The position numbers and the translations under genes were made by a program. Of a DNA stretch of 64,000 nucleotides, positions 35,052 through 49,600 are shown in pieces. Where the stretch lies: the NCBI RefSeq assembly GCF_009834535.1, contig NC_045698.1, positions 14,138,001-14,202,000 of the forward strand. The letters are read 5' to 3'. The notes below the pieces were generated by a model, which saw only the letters and a program-made list of their open reading frames with translations, was not told where the DNA came from and did not search any database. The stretch comes from Camelus ferus. Lineage: Eukaryota. Position 1 is the first letter of the stretch, and every line of letters begins with the position of its first letter.

Positions 35052-36580
35052 AGGATGTCCCACAGCTCGCTCGTGTTCCCTAGGATGGCATCACAAAATA
35101 AACCATCTGCTCACAAGCCCTTGAAAGAAGACATACTTTTTGCAAGAACTGTGAATTAGACTCTAAGTATATGAGTTATTTTGAAGGATAAATGAGATAA
35201 TATATGTAAAATATCAAATACTGGACCTGGCAAATTAGAGCGACGTAGTGTCTGTGAGTTCTTCAGCCTCTCTCTCAATTTAAAAAGCTGCTTGATGTAT
35301 CATCTACCGCCAGATGTACAAAATGTAGCTTTTGTTACTTAAAAAAAAAACCCCAAATCTCGATTTCGATATTGACTTTAGTCAAATTCTGGTAAATTCT
35401 GTCTATGCGAACTAATATAGTCTTTTCTGGGTTTCCGGATTTCACCCTTCTCAAGGTGACAGGTGGGAATGACAGCACAGTACCTGGTGTCAGATAGCCA
35501 AGGAATCATCCACTTCCCCAGGTAGAGACAATCATCCCAGCTTGTTCGGAAGGACAATCCCACATTCCCGAGTGAGTCTCTGGATCTCTCTGCCTACAGG
35601 ACTCCCCATATCCTCAACGGTCCCAATGCTCATCTCTGTCTCTGGGCTGCCACTTTACTCCTTTCAAAGACATGTGGAATTTAGTTCATCTCTGACTGCC
35701 TCTCAAGGGCTGCAGGAGGCTGGGGAGAGCAGGCTTGACTCACCCGCTCTGCTGTTTAGACAATGCTGCTGATTAATACTCTGCTGTTACTAGGGCATGC
35801 TGGTATTTACTTGACATAAATTACTTCCCCATAATCCAACGAGGAGATCAGTTACCTACTGTGAATCACCAAGCGTGTCTACGTCTCTCTACTGTATTTC
35901 CGAGACCTTTGCCTTTGAATCTCTTCTTTTGAATCACCAAGCAGTGCCTACATCTTTCAGCTATATTTCTGAGACCACGTTCAGTGATAACAAGGATCAT
36001 GACAATTTTTCAGAGTTTCCACCAGTTTCTAACTCTCTCTCTCCTCCACAGCCAGAGGCATCTGTGCAAATCTGGATTTGCGGGGACAACAAAACCAAAA
36101 ACAAAATCCTTTTCTCTGTTTAAGGCATAAACTTGTGGATTAGAATTCACCAGTATTGCTCTTGAAAACAAGAACCAAGTCTCTTAAAAGGCATAAAGCA
36201 TTTCCTCTCTACAAAACAAATGATGCCTGGAGGCGTTTCTATAATAAAACTCCGAGAGCAATCAGCCTGGAATGGGGACTGTGCAAGAAGAACACATAAT
36301 CAGTATAATCAAATTATTACCCTGTCAAGAAGGAAATGTGTCCTTACAAAACCCAGCGTCTAGGAAAAGCCAGCAGGCACTTAGTGACTGCTCGATTCAG
36401 TCTGGATGCAGAAGAAAGGCAGCCTCGTGCTTGAGGGCATCAGAGGGGAAGGGTCACAGAAGGGGTCCTGAAGCAAAAATTGTGGAGAATCTACCCGGTA
36501 TCACGTAATCAGGGCAGAATTTAAGGTGCCAGGGGACGGGTGCAGGGAAGAATCTATTCTTTTTGGTGCAGGACTTCCAA

Positions 36581-36705
36581 TAAGGTAGCCACAGCCCTGT
36601 TTGCCCTGGAAAGTCTCATTTTATCCCTGTCATCCCAGTATGATTATTATTATCTACCTTTTCCACAGTGTCTAGATTTGGGCAATAAATTACAGGTTGT
36701 TTCTA
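36581..36705 (-). mobile_element. MER94-like hAT-Blackjack MITE
   Basis: taaggtagccacagccctgtttgccctggaaagtc...gtgtctagatttgggcaataaattacaggt. Confidence 0.65.
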
Positions 36706-37819
36706 CACACTAGGCAATCCCAGAAAGTACTTAGCACATAAAAAGCACACTCTTAGCTAACACCTGTCCATCCCCTCAAGAAAACATTTCTTTGATATAA
36801 TTTGATACTGAATAATTCTAAAAGTGTACTGAAATTGATATCATAGAAAAATCAGATTCTCATTTTACTTCATGTCATTCAGTTGACAGTTTGATTTTAT
36901 TGCATTTTTAGCAATAAAATGTGGGGCCAGTTAGGAGGAACTGAATAACCTCCCTTTCATAATCTGACCCTGCCGGGAATATACCTAACAGAAAGTTTTG
37001 TTGAACTGAATGGCATTAAATATTCAGGTATAAGATAGTAATTGGAAAGTAAAGAAACATACAATAAAGGAAGAAAAAAAAGATTGAATATCTATATAAA
37101 TTTCCATTTAGCTATCCATCCTTTTACATCTTTTGGAAGCTTTATGAAACGTGTGGCATTTGCTGTGTACCTCAGAGATTTTGTGTAAATCAAAGGCTCA
37201 GAATACAGGCTAGTCCTCAGTGGCTTACTTTCAGATTTTATGAATAACAGATTGCTCTATCAATGTGATGTGATTAGAAAGGCTCTTACATACCAGACAA
37301 TAAATATGACATTATATATATGTATATAAATGACATAGCTAGCACATATTTACTGACTGCAAATAATCAGTTTATCTAAATATATATTTAGAGCTGAACT
37401 ATGTTATATTAATTACTTTATAGATAAATTATTACATTTCAAGTATGTATTACTGGAACAAAGATTAGTGATGCATGATTTTCCACAAATTCTCCTCTAT
37501 CCCTTTCCCTAAACTTACCACCATCTCCTATATCTGTGTAGGTACAGCTCTTGGACTTTATTTACAATTACCTGGACACTGACCCAAGTGGAGAGAACTA
37601 GGGAAGCCAGGATGACAGTATTTTAGAAAGCAGAGAATCACCCGTCAGGGATACATTATAAAAATCTGTCATAATCAGGCCCTCAGACATGCATATTAGG
37701 TCACACACATACACGTCAAACTGATTTTACTGCATTTTATTCTGGGGTTATATCACTTACCAATAGTACATTGATTTAAAAATAAATCGTAGAGTGATGT
37801 CAGGCAGAAACCCATCACC

Positions 37820-38330
37820 TCATAAAAACCATGCGTATCACATGAATCGAGACCTCCATATGCTCAGAGTCCTTTGATGGAAACAGACTGAACCAAAACA
37901 AAGTTAGGAATATCCTCCAACACAAATACATGCCTGTCTCCATAGAATGAACCTTATCTCCATGGCAATTTCTCCCCTATACCCAGCCCTGGAGGCCTGA
38001 GTCTAGAAAAGGGGATAAAGGACCTTCCTGTCAAAGACTGGGGGGTCCTTCTCCTGTGGGCACTGGGATCATGGAGAGTCTGGGAGGGGAAAGAGAGGAT
38101 ATAAGAGGAACAAGAGTCGGGTAAAGGTAGAGTTAGATAAATCTGATTTTGAGTTTAATGTTTCCTACTGGACTTAAAGATTTTATAACTGTAAGTATGA
38201 ATTTCAAAAAAAATTCTGAACTATAACTGAAACATCATTAAGGAACAAGAAAGTAAGAAGTAACAGATCAATTGTGAAGGCAGTGTATGGAGAAAATAAA
38301 ACAAATTATTTTTAAATGATTTTTTAATTT
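37820..38330 (+). mobile_element. Ancient LTR (LTR78-like; uncertain)
   Basis: 3' part ctgaaacatcattaagg...gaaggcagtgtatggagaaaataaaac resembles LTR78-type ends. Confidence 0.4.
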
Positions 38331-40214
38331 ATTGTACTATGCCGCTCACCCATTGATATGTATTCTTAAGTACTTTTTGAAAATAAGCAGGAAATTAATT
38401 TATTAACTAAGCACAGGCTTTAAAACTTAGTAGTGTTGCCCTGTTTTTAAGGAGCAAACACATTAAGCATCATGCCAGCTTTCAAAAAATAAGCTGAGTT
38501 GTTGGAATAATTAATACTTTGCCCAGTATAGCTATGGTAGACCATATCCCAGAATGCTTAGTGTTAATCTCATTCTACACACCCTGGAGGGTTGAAGGCT
38601 AATTATGAGCATCTTACAATTTCACCTGCTGCTGATTCACCCAAAGGAATATTATAGGTATATTTTGATTGTAAGTACAATGAATCTTCTTTTATTCTCT
38701 CTACCAAAAAACTAATAATTTTCCTTTGTAAGATATATATTGAATGGTACTACCTCTATCCAGAATTGCCACAATGAAGCTTTCAGTTGCAGTTTATGAT
38801 TTTCTGTCCATTTCATAATAACCCATTTCATAAACTACAAAAGTAACTTACATATAAGTATGTGACAGTAGTTTCATTTAATCTGTTATTAGACAAAACT
38901 ATATTTACATTATCCAAACTAAGGTGTTTGGAGTTGCTGATGGGAAGTTCCCTTTAAATTCACATGTCTAGTTAACTGTTAAACCACCTCCTCAACCTTT
39001 AATGAGCAAATCACTGGCCATTTTTCATACCGGTTAACGTGGTTCCTGTAAGACTTGCTAAAACGAGTAACGTTTCAATATTGCAATTTCAGGCTATAAC
39101 AATTGTTAATGTTATTTACTTTAAATGTTTTCATGTGGGAAAGTCCTTCAGATTTTTAAGCAGCACACAGAATGTTTTAACATTAAACTCCAGTATTCTG
39201 AATAAAAGTTTATAGGTTTATTTAACCTTTGATAAATCAAAGGAAATATTAATACTAGTAACACACCCCAAAATATGTCTTATCTGTACAAGCACGTGAA
39301 ATCTTAAGTATGAGGAATGAGTTAATTCATAGCTCTTTTTGATAACCAGTACACACCATGCCCTAACTCTGAGTTGGTTTCATAACTCTGTGAGGAATGT
39401 CAACATCATTTTAGTCCTTTAGAGATCGTGTAGTTCTTGTCAAAAAAAAAAAAAAAAAAAAGCCAGTGGATTTTCACTGTCCAAATAAATGTTATTAGTT
39501 GTAGATGGGAGATACACTATATTGCTTCAAACTTGGTCTATTTTGCACTATTCTGATATAATTTGAAGAGAAAAGAATTTTCTTCTAGATATTTGGAAAT
39601 TTAGAAAATCAGAGGTTGATTTTGTTTTCATCCCTAATATATTTTTCATGAGTGCCTTTACCATTTCCTTTGGGTAGTATAAGATTTTTAGCTAGAATCA
39701 AATTTTATTTTATTATATGATACTTCATTAGCTCAGCTTTGGGGTATTCAGTGTGATAAGATTCTGAGAATTCTCAAATGTTTGTACAGAATAACATTTC
39801 TTCAATTAGAACAATATCCCCCCTGGGCAAGTTTATGTTGTCATTGTGTGTAGCAGTCTGGCACTAGTAAAAACCATTAATCATTTCCACTTCAAGGTTA
39901 ATGACTCAAAATTCTCCAACATCCAGGTAAATACAGTGAAACAAGTAAGCAATATGAATATGGACTGTGGAAAGCTCGATGTAGCATAGTCTGAGGGTTC
40001 AGCCCATTTTACATCACGTAAGTGTGGAAATAACATCAGTCCAAAAATATACATCCATGGGCCAGATTTACTCCCGTGCATCAGGAGTTTGTTCTCGACA
40101 TTATATACCTTAGTCAGCTTTCCTTTGTGAGGAAAGCTCTTTCACACAGCACTAAATTTCATATTTTGGGCTCATTATTACCATTATTATAATTTTCTTC
40201 CTCCTCATCATTTT

Positions 40215-40436
40215 TTTTTTCAGTTGACAGATATGGGTCATTATATTGTATGCAGGACACGAAACAATTGGCATGAATTATTCCTTCTCATCTTTATAAC
40301 AAGTCTTGTGAAATGAGTACTAATAAATCAGCCACAGACTTGGCCAGATTAAACAATTTATCAAAGCTCTGTAATTTGTGAGTGGAAGAATTGTCATTCT
40401 GTCCCAGAATCACATGGCTCCAGAAGTCAAAATCCA
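40215..40436 (-). mobile_element. MIR
   Basis: ttataacaagtcttgtgaaatgagtacta...gtgagtggaagaatt...tggctccaga. Confidence 0.65.
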
Positions 40437-41193
40437 AGTTTCTAAGCTTTTTTTTGTTTTTTTTTTAAATAAATTCAACATTGGTGAGAATGGTATTATG
40501 TTTGTCTTCAGAACTTAAAAGACTACCTGGTATTAAGCAGCATTCAGTAAATATTAAAATAACACACCAAGATCTGACCCCATGCCTATTTAGCTGAACA
40601 ATTCTGTAGTTCAATTCAGTATAATACTCTAAAGTTTATTTTTTATCTGTTCATAAAGTCATCACACCATTTTTTTATGTCTATAAATCTATATTCATGA
40701 CCTCTTCAGTTTCTTCACCACAAAGACAGTGTAACACTAGGAGAGGAAGCAGAGGAGAAGAGTTGAATGCAGACTCCAGAGAAGAGGAACCTGGATTTCA
40801 AACTTGTTTCTAGGACAGAATATATTCCTAAACACGAAAATGTTTTGTAACCTTTTTACATTTACAATATGAGAAGCTACTATATCGTGTTTTCATAAAA
40901 GTAAAAGGAGGTAGGTCATGTGTTACAGAAATCTGGCCTCCAATTAGAAATTGGTCATCAAAGTCCTTTTAGTAACAAAAACTGTTTCATACATATTTTC
41001 ATAGGGTATATTTGAGTAATTCATTACTTATTAATTCCAACCCTATACCATACTGTGTTTAAATGTCTTATTCAAATATGAATAAAGCACTATGTCACAG
41101 CTGGATAAGAGCCGACTACTGAGGTTCCATTGGTAGATGAAGTCAGTCTCCACCTGAATTAAAACACATTCTGGCAGAGCTCAGAAGCTCCCT

Positions 41194-41735
41194 GTGGAAG
41201 GTGACCCCTGGGTCATGCGTTTGTATCACCTTTACTCTTTGAATACAGGCACAATCTGCGACTTGCTTCTAGTCAAAAAAATGATGGCAAATGTTCATTT
41301 ACGTGGTAAAAATTAAAGCATTTTTCAAATTTAATTCAGATTACAAATCAGTTGGCTTGACTCAGTCAGAAAGGATATTATCCTGATGGACCTGTTTCAA
41401 TCAAATCAAAGGAGGGACAGGGTTCCCTCTGTGAGGTCAGAAAACTCTCCCACTGGCTTTAAAGAAACAAGCCATCATGAGTTCTGCAGCCAGAAAGAAA
41501 ATGAATTCTGCCAATAACCTGAATGAGCCTGAAAGCAGACCCTTCCCCAGTCAAGCTTTCCACTGAGAATGCAGTCAAGGCTGGCAATTTGACTGCCGTG
41601 TTGTGAGACCCAGAGTAGAGACCCAGTTAAGTGGTGCCTGACCTCTAATGCACAAAAGCTAAGAGATAATACATGGGTTTGGTTTCAAGTGCCTAAAAGC
41701 GTGGTAATTAGTTATACAGAAACTGCAAACTAACA
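41194..41735 (+). mobile_element. MaLR LTR (MLT1E-like)
   Basis: gacttgcttctag, aatgaattctgccaataacctgaatgagc...cagacccttccccagtcaagc, gtggtaattagttatacag...aactaaca. Confidence 0.85.
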
Positions 41736-42984
41736 TGTGTTCCATCCCACAAGTGCACAGGCCCAGAATAACCCTGGAGATAATCCCAATTTCTGTACTA
41801 CAGCTTCCCTCTGCCACTGACCTGTTGGCTTCCAAAGACATAAGAACATATCTGAAAGAATTGGATGCATGTGAAAGTAGGAAAATTTCATAAAAGGATA
41901 CAGTCTTCAGAAAAGGAAAACACATATAAAAGATGAGGGGGGCACCTGCCTTGGGGACTTCAGGTGAGAACTAATTTTTGTGTTTCTGGGGAGATGTCAT
42001 CAGTCTGTTATGGGTCACAGCTGATTTTGATGATCAATCCAGGCACACTGGTACTCTATGAGAATTTGGATGAAAAGCTGATGTATATAGATACAAAGTA
42101 CTTCAACCTGGGAATTCAGGCAGTTATCTTGGGAGAGGGGGAAGCCTAAGTGTGGGTCAGAATGAAGGAAAATCTCCTTATCTTAAAGTACTGACCTATT
42201 ATACTGTCCTGATCTATTCTATACCTCATTAAAAGTCTACACTGTGCCTGTATAAGGGATAGTTCATCAGTGCTGGCAGAAGTAAAGTGAATTAAGGCAC
42301 TACAGTTTGCAGGCAACGCCACTGGAAGACAGATTCCTTCGGGAATGGAATTTCCACAGGAATTTCTCAGGGACACAAGTTACCTGGGCACGACTGTATT
42401 ATGCTGCAAGGTTACTTCACCTTCAGCAGTAAGATGCTTGTGCTCTAGGTAATAGGGTCGTACAGATGCAGCTCTCTGGCATCTGCCATTGTGGAATACG
42501 GGCTGACGATGCGATGCAGACCTGCTGATAGGCTCATTAAGAAATCTCAGAACTATTTTATGGGTGCAAGCCTTCCAGAATCTGAACTTCCTGTTCAAAA
42601 TATGGATGGAAACTCTGTACCTAGGGCTTGTATATAAATGTGATTGAACATATACTACATAATTTGAGAGCCCAGAGGGATATATGAGTTAACATAACAT
42701 AAATTACAATATGACAGAATTAAAATGGAATAATCAACGAAAGGAGTTGAAAATGAATAAGCCTGAAAATAAAAGCTTTCATAAAATGCAACCCTAAATG
42801 GCCTAAATTTCCTGGTAGTTGACCAAAATTTGAAGATAGACTTGAAGCCTTTGGACACCCAAGTTAAAAATGATGCATTACCACTTTTTGTATTGCATAC
42901 TGTCAGAATATAAACAAATTATTCTCCTGATACAAAACTCAGAAGTGATTTTCTCTGAACTTGCATAAAGAGTAGGATGCAATG

Positions 42985-43336
42985 CAGAATTTGTAAACTA
43001 ATGGGCGATCGAGGGCATAATCTCACTCAAAAGCATGTCATTTCTCCAACATAGTGATGTTGAAATATAACTTAATTAAAAATATTCAAGCATTTAGAGA
43101 TTTTACTTAAAACTCCAAATTTCTAACTTCTTTGGAAAAATCTGGAGATCTACTGAAATTTGGTGTCAATTCAGTTTGGCAACAATCTCTGTGAGCTGAG
43201 AGGCACACGCTCACTTTAGAGTGGCCCGTGATCTCCAGGTTACCAGCCTTCTCTACTCCATATTTCATCCCATCCAGTCCTGATTATTTAAGTTACCTGC
43301 CTGCTGCCTTTAGGCTACTGAGTTTGGGAATCTCTT
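42985..43336 (+). mobile_element. MER102-like hAT-Charlie element
   Basis: ttctttggaaaaatctggagatct...ggcaacaatctctgtgagctgag...gagtttgggaatctct. Confidence 0.7.
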
Positions 43337-43909
43337 AATGTCTTTAATAATATCTTCCACAACATCTTTATGAAAATACAACAAAGCACTTTATATGCTT
43401 CTACAATGTAATTAATCAAGCTTTCCTTTTAATCTTAGCTCAAATAAAGATAAGAACGAAATCCAATTCTCAATCAGATAACATATATTAACTGTCATGG
43501 ATAACATAGTTCTCTTCCTTTTATTGTCTTGATCTTTACTTTTGATTTGTTCCCTATTAATTATACATATCACAGACTTTCTAGGGGAAAAAGGCAGATT
43601 TGATATAAAGAGAAGTAAAAGCATGCCTGGTGAATTGAATTTTATTATATATATATTTTTAATTTTATGTATCACTTACCAAATACCAACAAGATCTTCT
43701 CTGCTGTAACTTATTTATAGAAATATTTGTTTTAATAACGTGTATAGGACGTGATACAGGTAAATAAAACAAAAAGTGCTAAAGCTCAGTTCTTCCATGT
43801 TTGACTGTTTACTGATGTAATTTAGAAAGATGCTCAGGACTAAGACAGAGTGGGAAGGCAAGTGTATTCTCTCACACATCATAATTGTCCCTAGAGGATC
43901 TCATTAGAC

Positions 43910-44057
43910 CAGTGATACTCAACCTTTAGCTCCCATCAGAATCATCCTGAAGGCTTGTTAAAAACAAAATACTGGTTGAGCACGAGACTGCTTGTCTGAT
44001 GAGTTCACAGGTGATCCTGATTCTGCCCATCATAGAAATACCATCTGATAACCATTG
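43910..44057. mobile_element. MER5A-like element
   Basis: cagtgatactcaacct...atcagaatcatcctgaaggcttgttaaaa...caggtgatcctgat...aaccattg. Confidence 0.7.
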
Positions 44058-44736
44058 CACCCAACCATAAACCTCTTAAGGGTAGATATGTGTCATTTAT
44101 TATTAAATTCCATGAAATCACACTGTTTCTCACATGGGAGATGCTTAATGCATAACTGTTGAATAAATTAAGAGTTTAACATTGTGACATAATAATAGTT
44201 GTCTAATAGGGTTTGATGGGGCCTCAATTAACAGGAGGTCCAGCTACTGAAAGAGGAGTACATTATTTTATCTGTCAGTTTTGCCTTTTTCTAGTGTAAC
44301 TGGGGAAATCCCAGTTTTGTGCTTGAAAATACATTGTGCTTTTCCTTCCATGAAGGATGTATGTATATATAATCATAATTCTGTCTCTTTTCAAATGCAA
44401 GTAACCAAAATAGAGTTGGATTTATTAAATTGTTAAATCTAGGAGGAAGAACATGTTTAACTTTTATGTTGTATTGGTGAACTATATGTAAGTCTATTTC
44501 AACTCCTTGCATTTTTAAAATTTTACAGTCAAATGATAGTTTAATCAGTTTCATTGAAAAAATATTCATGTAGATCATATTCCTTATTAACTATTCATTT
44601 TATTCCTTGGTGAAATGAACTTTTTAAAAAAGAATCATTGTACCCTTATCTTTCTTTATTTTCAGATTATATCTCAAATTTAACAAGGCAGCTAAAATTA
44701 ACCTAAATTTACTCCTTAAAGTGTTTAATTTTTCCT

Positions 44737-46676
44737 AGCAGTAAGAGCAACAACTGGCTCATGTTTACCAATATTTTCTCTCTTTCCTCCTGGACATTCA
44801 GCTGTCTTATGTTTCCTTCCCTTTCTTACAGATGTGGTTCTGTTCACTAAATTCTTGCTGAAGGAAGATGGATAAAAGTGGCAAGAACTACACCTAGGCC
44901 TGGCCCGTGAAAGATTCCCCAATGATCCTATACTCAGAGTAGGGTAAGGCAGCCAAGGTGGAAGGACCTTGGTCTCTGAACGACCATATGGAACAGAATT
45001 ACCCTTAGTTCCAACTAACCTTTATTTGAGCTCGATATAAACTTCTATTGTGTTAAGCTACTAACTTTGTGGGTTTTGTCTGTTAGAGCTGTTAGTATTC
45101 CTCTCCAACTAATATCAAAATTAGTATTAGTACCTTATAGTTAGGTTCTGTTATCATGTTACAAAATAGCAAGTTTTGGTAAAATTATCACCTGCTGTAA
45201 CTTAGAAGGCCGACAGCTAAGGGACAAGTCCGTTGGACTACAATGGCTGTTTATGGCTGCTTTCACAACAGTGTTGAGAACGAGATTAGCTCAGTGAGTA
45301 TTTAAGTACAGAGAGAGTGAAGGGAATAGATAGTCCAGAGCTTTAAAAGTTTGTAAAAGCTGACTGTAATACAGACTTCAGCAACTGAAATGTAGGTCTA
45401 ACAGTATTTTTTATTTTAAAAGAGAAAGAAAGAAAGAAAGCTTGTTAAGATATGTCAGTTGAATGAAATGACATGGTTTGCACAGACAATCAGATTAAGA
45501 ATCTCACCTCCACACTCAGCTCTTTTGTTCCAGATCACCTCAAGGTAGCCAGAATTGATTTGGGGGAGAGAGAGGGCACAGAGGTGAGATGTAAGGAAAT
45601 AAGGAGAGCTTAAATTCTGTCTAGGTACTAACATATGGAAATGAATAGGGACAAATCAATCAGGAGTCTGCCAGTTTTTGAGGAAATCTTAATTTTAAAG
45701 AAAAACTGAGCTCATGCGAAAAAAGTTCTAGCACCTCGAGACTCACATCAATCTTTGCACCCTGAGGCTGGCCCATACAGGTGGCAGGTTTGCCAGAAGG
45801 ATTCCTCAGGTGATAAGAAGGGCTCACCAGTGACTACTTAAGATTGTATCGGAATGAAAAAGAGAAGGAAGTAGCACGTATAAAGTAAAGCCAGGTGCCT
45901 GATATAGAATGTGACCAGAGAGTTCCTCTCATTTGGTGGATTCTGAGTCTCATCCCCAGAAGTTTTTCAAAATTAATATGGCCTAGGGAACTTCTGAACT
46001 TCTGTTTGCATCCCCCCCCCCCTGTTTTTTTTCTCCTTCTTTCTGGGAGAGAATTTTACTGTGGTTCTCCTATCCAAGTTCTGCTCTTGACTTTGGGTAT
46101 GCTGTATAAAGTGGATGGACTGTCTTTCGGACCTTGATCTTTTGGAGAAGACAAAGCACCCAGGATCTTGGACATTTTACAGTGAGAAGGCACAACCGTC
46201 TCCTTGAGATGGGATGACTATTGTCTTCCATCTTATTTGGAAGATGAAGATTGAATCATATTTGATGACAAGAAGGAAAAATTGTGGTAGATACTGGCTC
46301 ACTGTTTACTAAACTTATGTTCCAGTTTTCTGTACAGCTAGACTAACTTCGCAGTCCCCCTAAAAGTTAGAGGCAGCCTTATGACTCAATTGAAAGCTAG
46401 GTGGAGATGATTAACTCCCTTCTAGGCATGGGCCATAAAATCCTCTCTTGTGATTAGTCCTTCATTTGCTCCACTCATCTCCTGAATGATCAGAGAAAAC
46501 ATCGAGGCCTTAGAGAGAGGTTGAGCCACAAGATAGACCCAAATCATTCCTGAATGACTCCTGGGAACAGAGGCCCTCGCTGCTTCCAAAGACTTCAGAT
46601 GAGTGAAAAATAAAATCACCTGTGTGAAGCCACTGAAATTTGGAGTTTACTGCTACAAAGCAAATGGGCTATAACT
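44737..46676 (+). mobile_element. MaLR provirus, LTR-internal-LTR (MLT1J-like)
   Basis: 5' LTR about 44737-45115; internal about 45116-46282; purine tract aagaaggaaaaa then 3' LTR from tgtgg at 46283. Both LTRs share ctaggc(c/a)tgg(c/g)cc, ctgaa(c/t)gac...ggaacaga and aagc(t/c)act(a/g)a. Confidence 0.7.
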
Positions 46677-49600
46677 TTGGTAGGATTTAATTTGGCTAAT
46701 AACTTTAAATTAAATGCAACTAAGCACAACATTACCTATGGTTAAAAGTGGGGGAAGTAGTCACGCTCATTCTCTTCTATAAAAGCAACACAGGGACAGT
46801 CTTTTTAGGTCACAGTACCATACAGTCTGCCTCAGACTTTTAAATGGGTGCATGCTTTGACTGAGCAATTGTAATTGTGGGATTTTTTTTTCCAAAGAAG
46901 AAAAATGTGAACAATTGTGCAACCATATAAACAGAAGGACGTTCATGCTGGTGGAGTTAGTTTATAAGGACACAAAAGTGTAAATCAAAAAAGGCTAGTT
47001 AAATATTTAATTTTTTAAAAATTTACTTGTGCAGGCACATGTGTTTGTAGTAACACAGATTGGAAAAAAAAGTTGTCCCTTTCCTTTAGAACACCATTGC
47101 CTGGATGTAAGGCCAGAACAGGAAATAGAATTACATTGATTATCCCAACAAGGAATTTCAGTGTCATAAGAAGTCACCAAAGTAGGGAATTCGGAGCATG
47201 TTCTTTGGTCCTAAGAGGCAAGTATTTGAGGACAGACTGCTACCTACTTCACATGAAATCTGGGAAAAGATGCTTGGCTGGAAATTAAAATAATAACAAT
47301 TCTCAAAATCATTTTGAATGCTATCTATCATATGTGTTAAGTGTTTCATACAGTATCTGACATACATCAGATGCTCCAAGAGACTGTTAAGGTTCTTATG
47401 ATGATGATTAACCACCACTTTCATTACTGGCATGGGAAGCACTATATACTGATTTGTTAGGTATAAAAAGGTGGTTATAGAGCACCCTGTGAAGTATGCT
47501 CCCATGTTTTAAAACATGTAGACAGTATGGATACACATTTCCCAAAATACACTTCCTTTTTGGTACAGACACCTGAGAGGGGTCTGAATTATTCCATGAT
47601 GGCCTCTTTTCAGTTGTTTCATTTGACATCCTGCCAATTTACATCTTAATTAAAGACTTAAATAAAGACTTACTTATGTACTTTAAAAGTGACATGCTAA
47701 GTTGTTTGCTTGGAACCTCATTATGTTCGACCAGGTGAGATAATGAAAGCAGTCCACACAAAGCCCAATACTAACACACTGCTTTGGGGAGTATTACATG
47801 GCAGGAGCAAAGCTCCCATTTTGGGAAAATGACCAAACAAACTGTCACATCCAGATGACTCCCTGTGCATATTTCTGTCTCTTTTCTGTACTCTAACTGC
47901 CCCATGAGCCAGACACTTAATCTCCATTCCGTGGAAGCAAGAAATGAAATAATTTGGAAGTTAAAAGAAAAAAAAGAAAAAAGAATTCATGCTATCACAA
48001 GTAGAACCTTAGCTATATTAGGCACTTAAATATATTAAATTAGATTTTATTTAAATTAGGCCTTCAAACAACAAATAGCATCCACACGTACCGAGGTGAA
48101 TGCAAATTGAGTAATTTTAAACAAGAAGAAGCATTTTTAGAAGCCCTAAAATGAAGAGTAATTACACTCATTTAGGTAACCATCAAATCTATAGGACTTA
48201 GCTTTCAAGTGAATTAAGCATTGAAGAAGGATAGATTTATTTGACAGTTTGTTGAAGAGCTCCTCTGAATTGCAATATTTTTGGTTGATATGCACGTGTA
48301 CAAGACCAACTACTTTGAAAATGAAGTGCTGTGAAAAATGTCAAGAGATCAATTTGGTGTAATCACTGCTCTGGACTTAAGCACTGTGGAATGAAGTACA
48401 GTAAATTATTGAAGTGTCTCATTTTGAAGGGCACATTAAATAGCATTTAATTATATCTGTTCAAAACATGAAGGCCTTTTTAGTGCAACATTCCAAAATA
48501 TCTAAAATTAGAATGAAAAATCTGTCTGAAACATTGGTATGCTCACAGACAGACACTAAGAATCTCAGAACTTTCCAAATAAATATTCCATTAACCCTCA
48601 AAAGGAATATTTCCTATTTAGTGGCTTATCTATTCCTAATCTTACCTCAAATTCTTATTGACTGTGTCTGCTCTAACTGTTGACATCTCAAACAATTTCT
48701 ATTTACTCTTACTTAGCACGATGCCTATAGCCCTGCAGAGAACCCCTTTGAATTCACACACTTAATTACTTTCTTCTCTCCAGGGAAGTGTTATTCTGGC
48801 AAAAGGAGAGGGGAAAGAGTTTATTAAACTGTGCCATAAACTAGGCAGTAATATTATAAAAGGGCTGTATTTAAAAGGAGAGGGAGAAATAGTACAGAAA
48901 AGTTACCTAAAACTTGAAAATAAGGTAATGGGAAGATGTCCTGTCCTTTCAATGCCTTATTTTAATAGAGTGGCCATGGATTATCTAAGTATCTAGATGA
49001 AACATCTCTTTGTCTTATGTGCTCTCTACTACTGATTAAAGGTCAATACTGTGTAAGTTGCATGATAACATGTAGATTTTTTTGTCAGATCAAATGCAAA
49101 TGGTTCTGTCCATTAGCAAGATAATATCAAAGGTTATGATTATGTCCTGAAGGACATCAATCAAGCTTTATAGCTAGGTAACTAATCTTATTTTAGTCCA
49201 ACATTCAATGTTCAAATGTGGATAAATACCCAAATCTTCAAATGCTATTTGAATCACCTTTATTATTCTACTGTATGTCTCACTGATGAGATTATTCAAG
49301 TTTTACACATATTCATTCTATATTATTTGATAATCACAGTGGACTGTGCCCTGGCAAGCAGATACCAGGTGAACAGATTTTTGGTATTTTGAACCTCAAA
49401 AGCGATTTGATATTTTTGAATACTTGAAAGTGACGTTCACAATAATTTTTGCTGTTCTTTTAAATACTAAAATAATGCTACTTCTTAGTATTATGCTGTC
49501 TTACTATATATAATATATAATATTAACCCATTACCTATGTCATCTTTGTTTTAATTTCATCTGACTTTCTGAAGCAGGACTTAAGGAATACAATTTGTCC

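Noticed and set aside
35862..35976. CRISPR-like repeat-spacer array
   Set aside because: Only two diverged copies, eukaryotic context, no cas genes.
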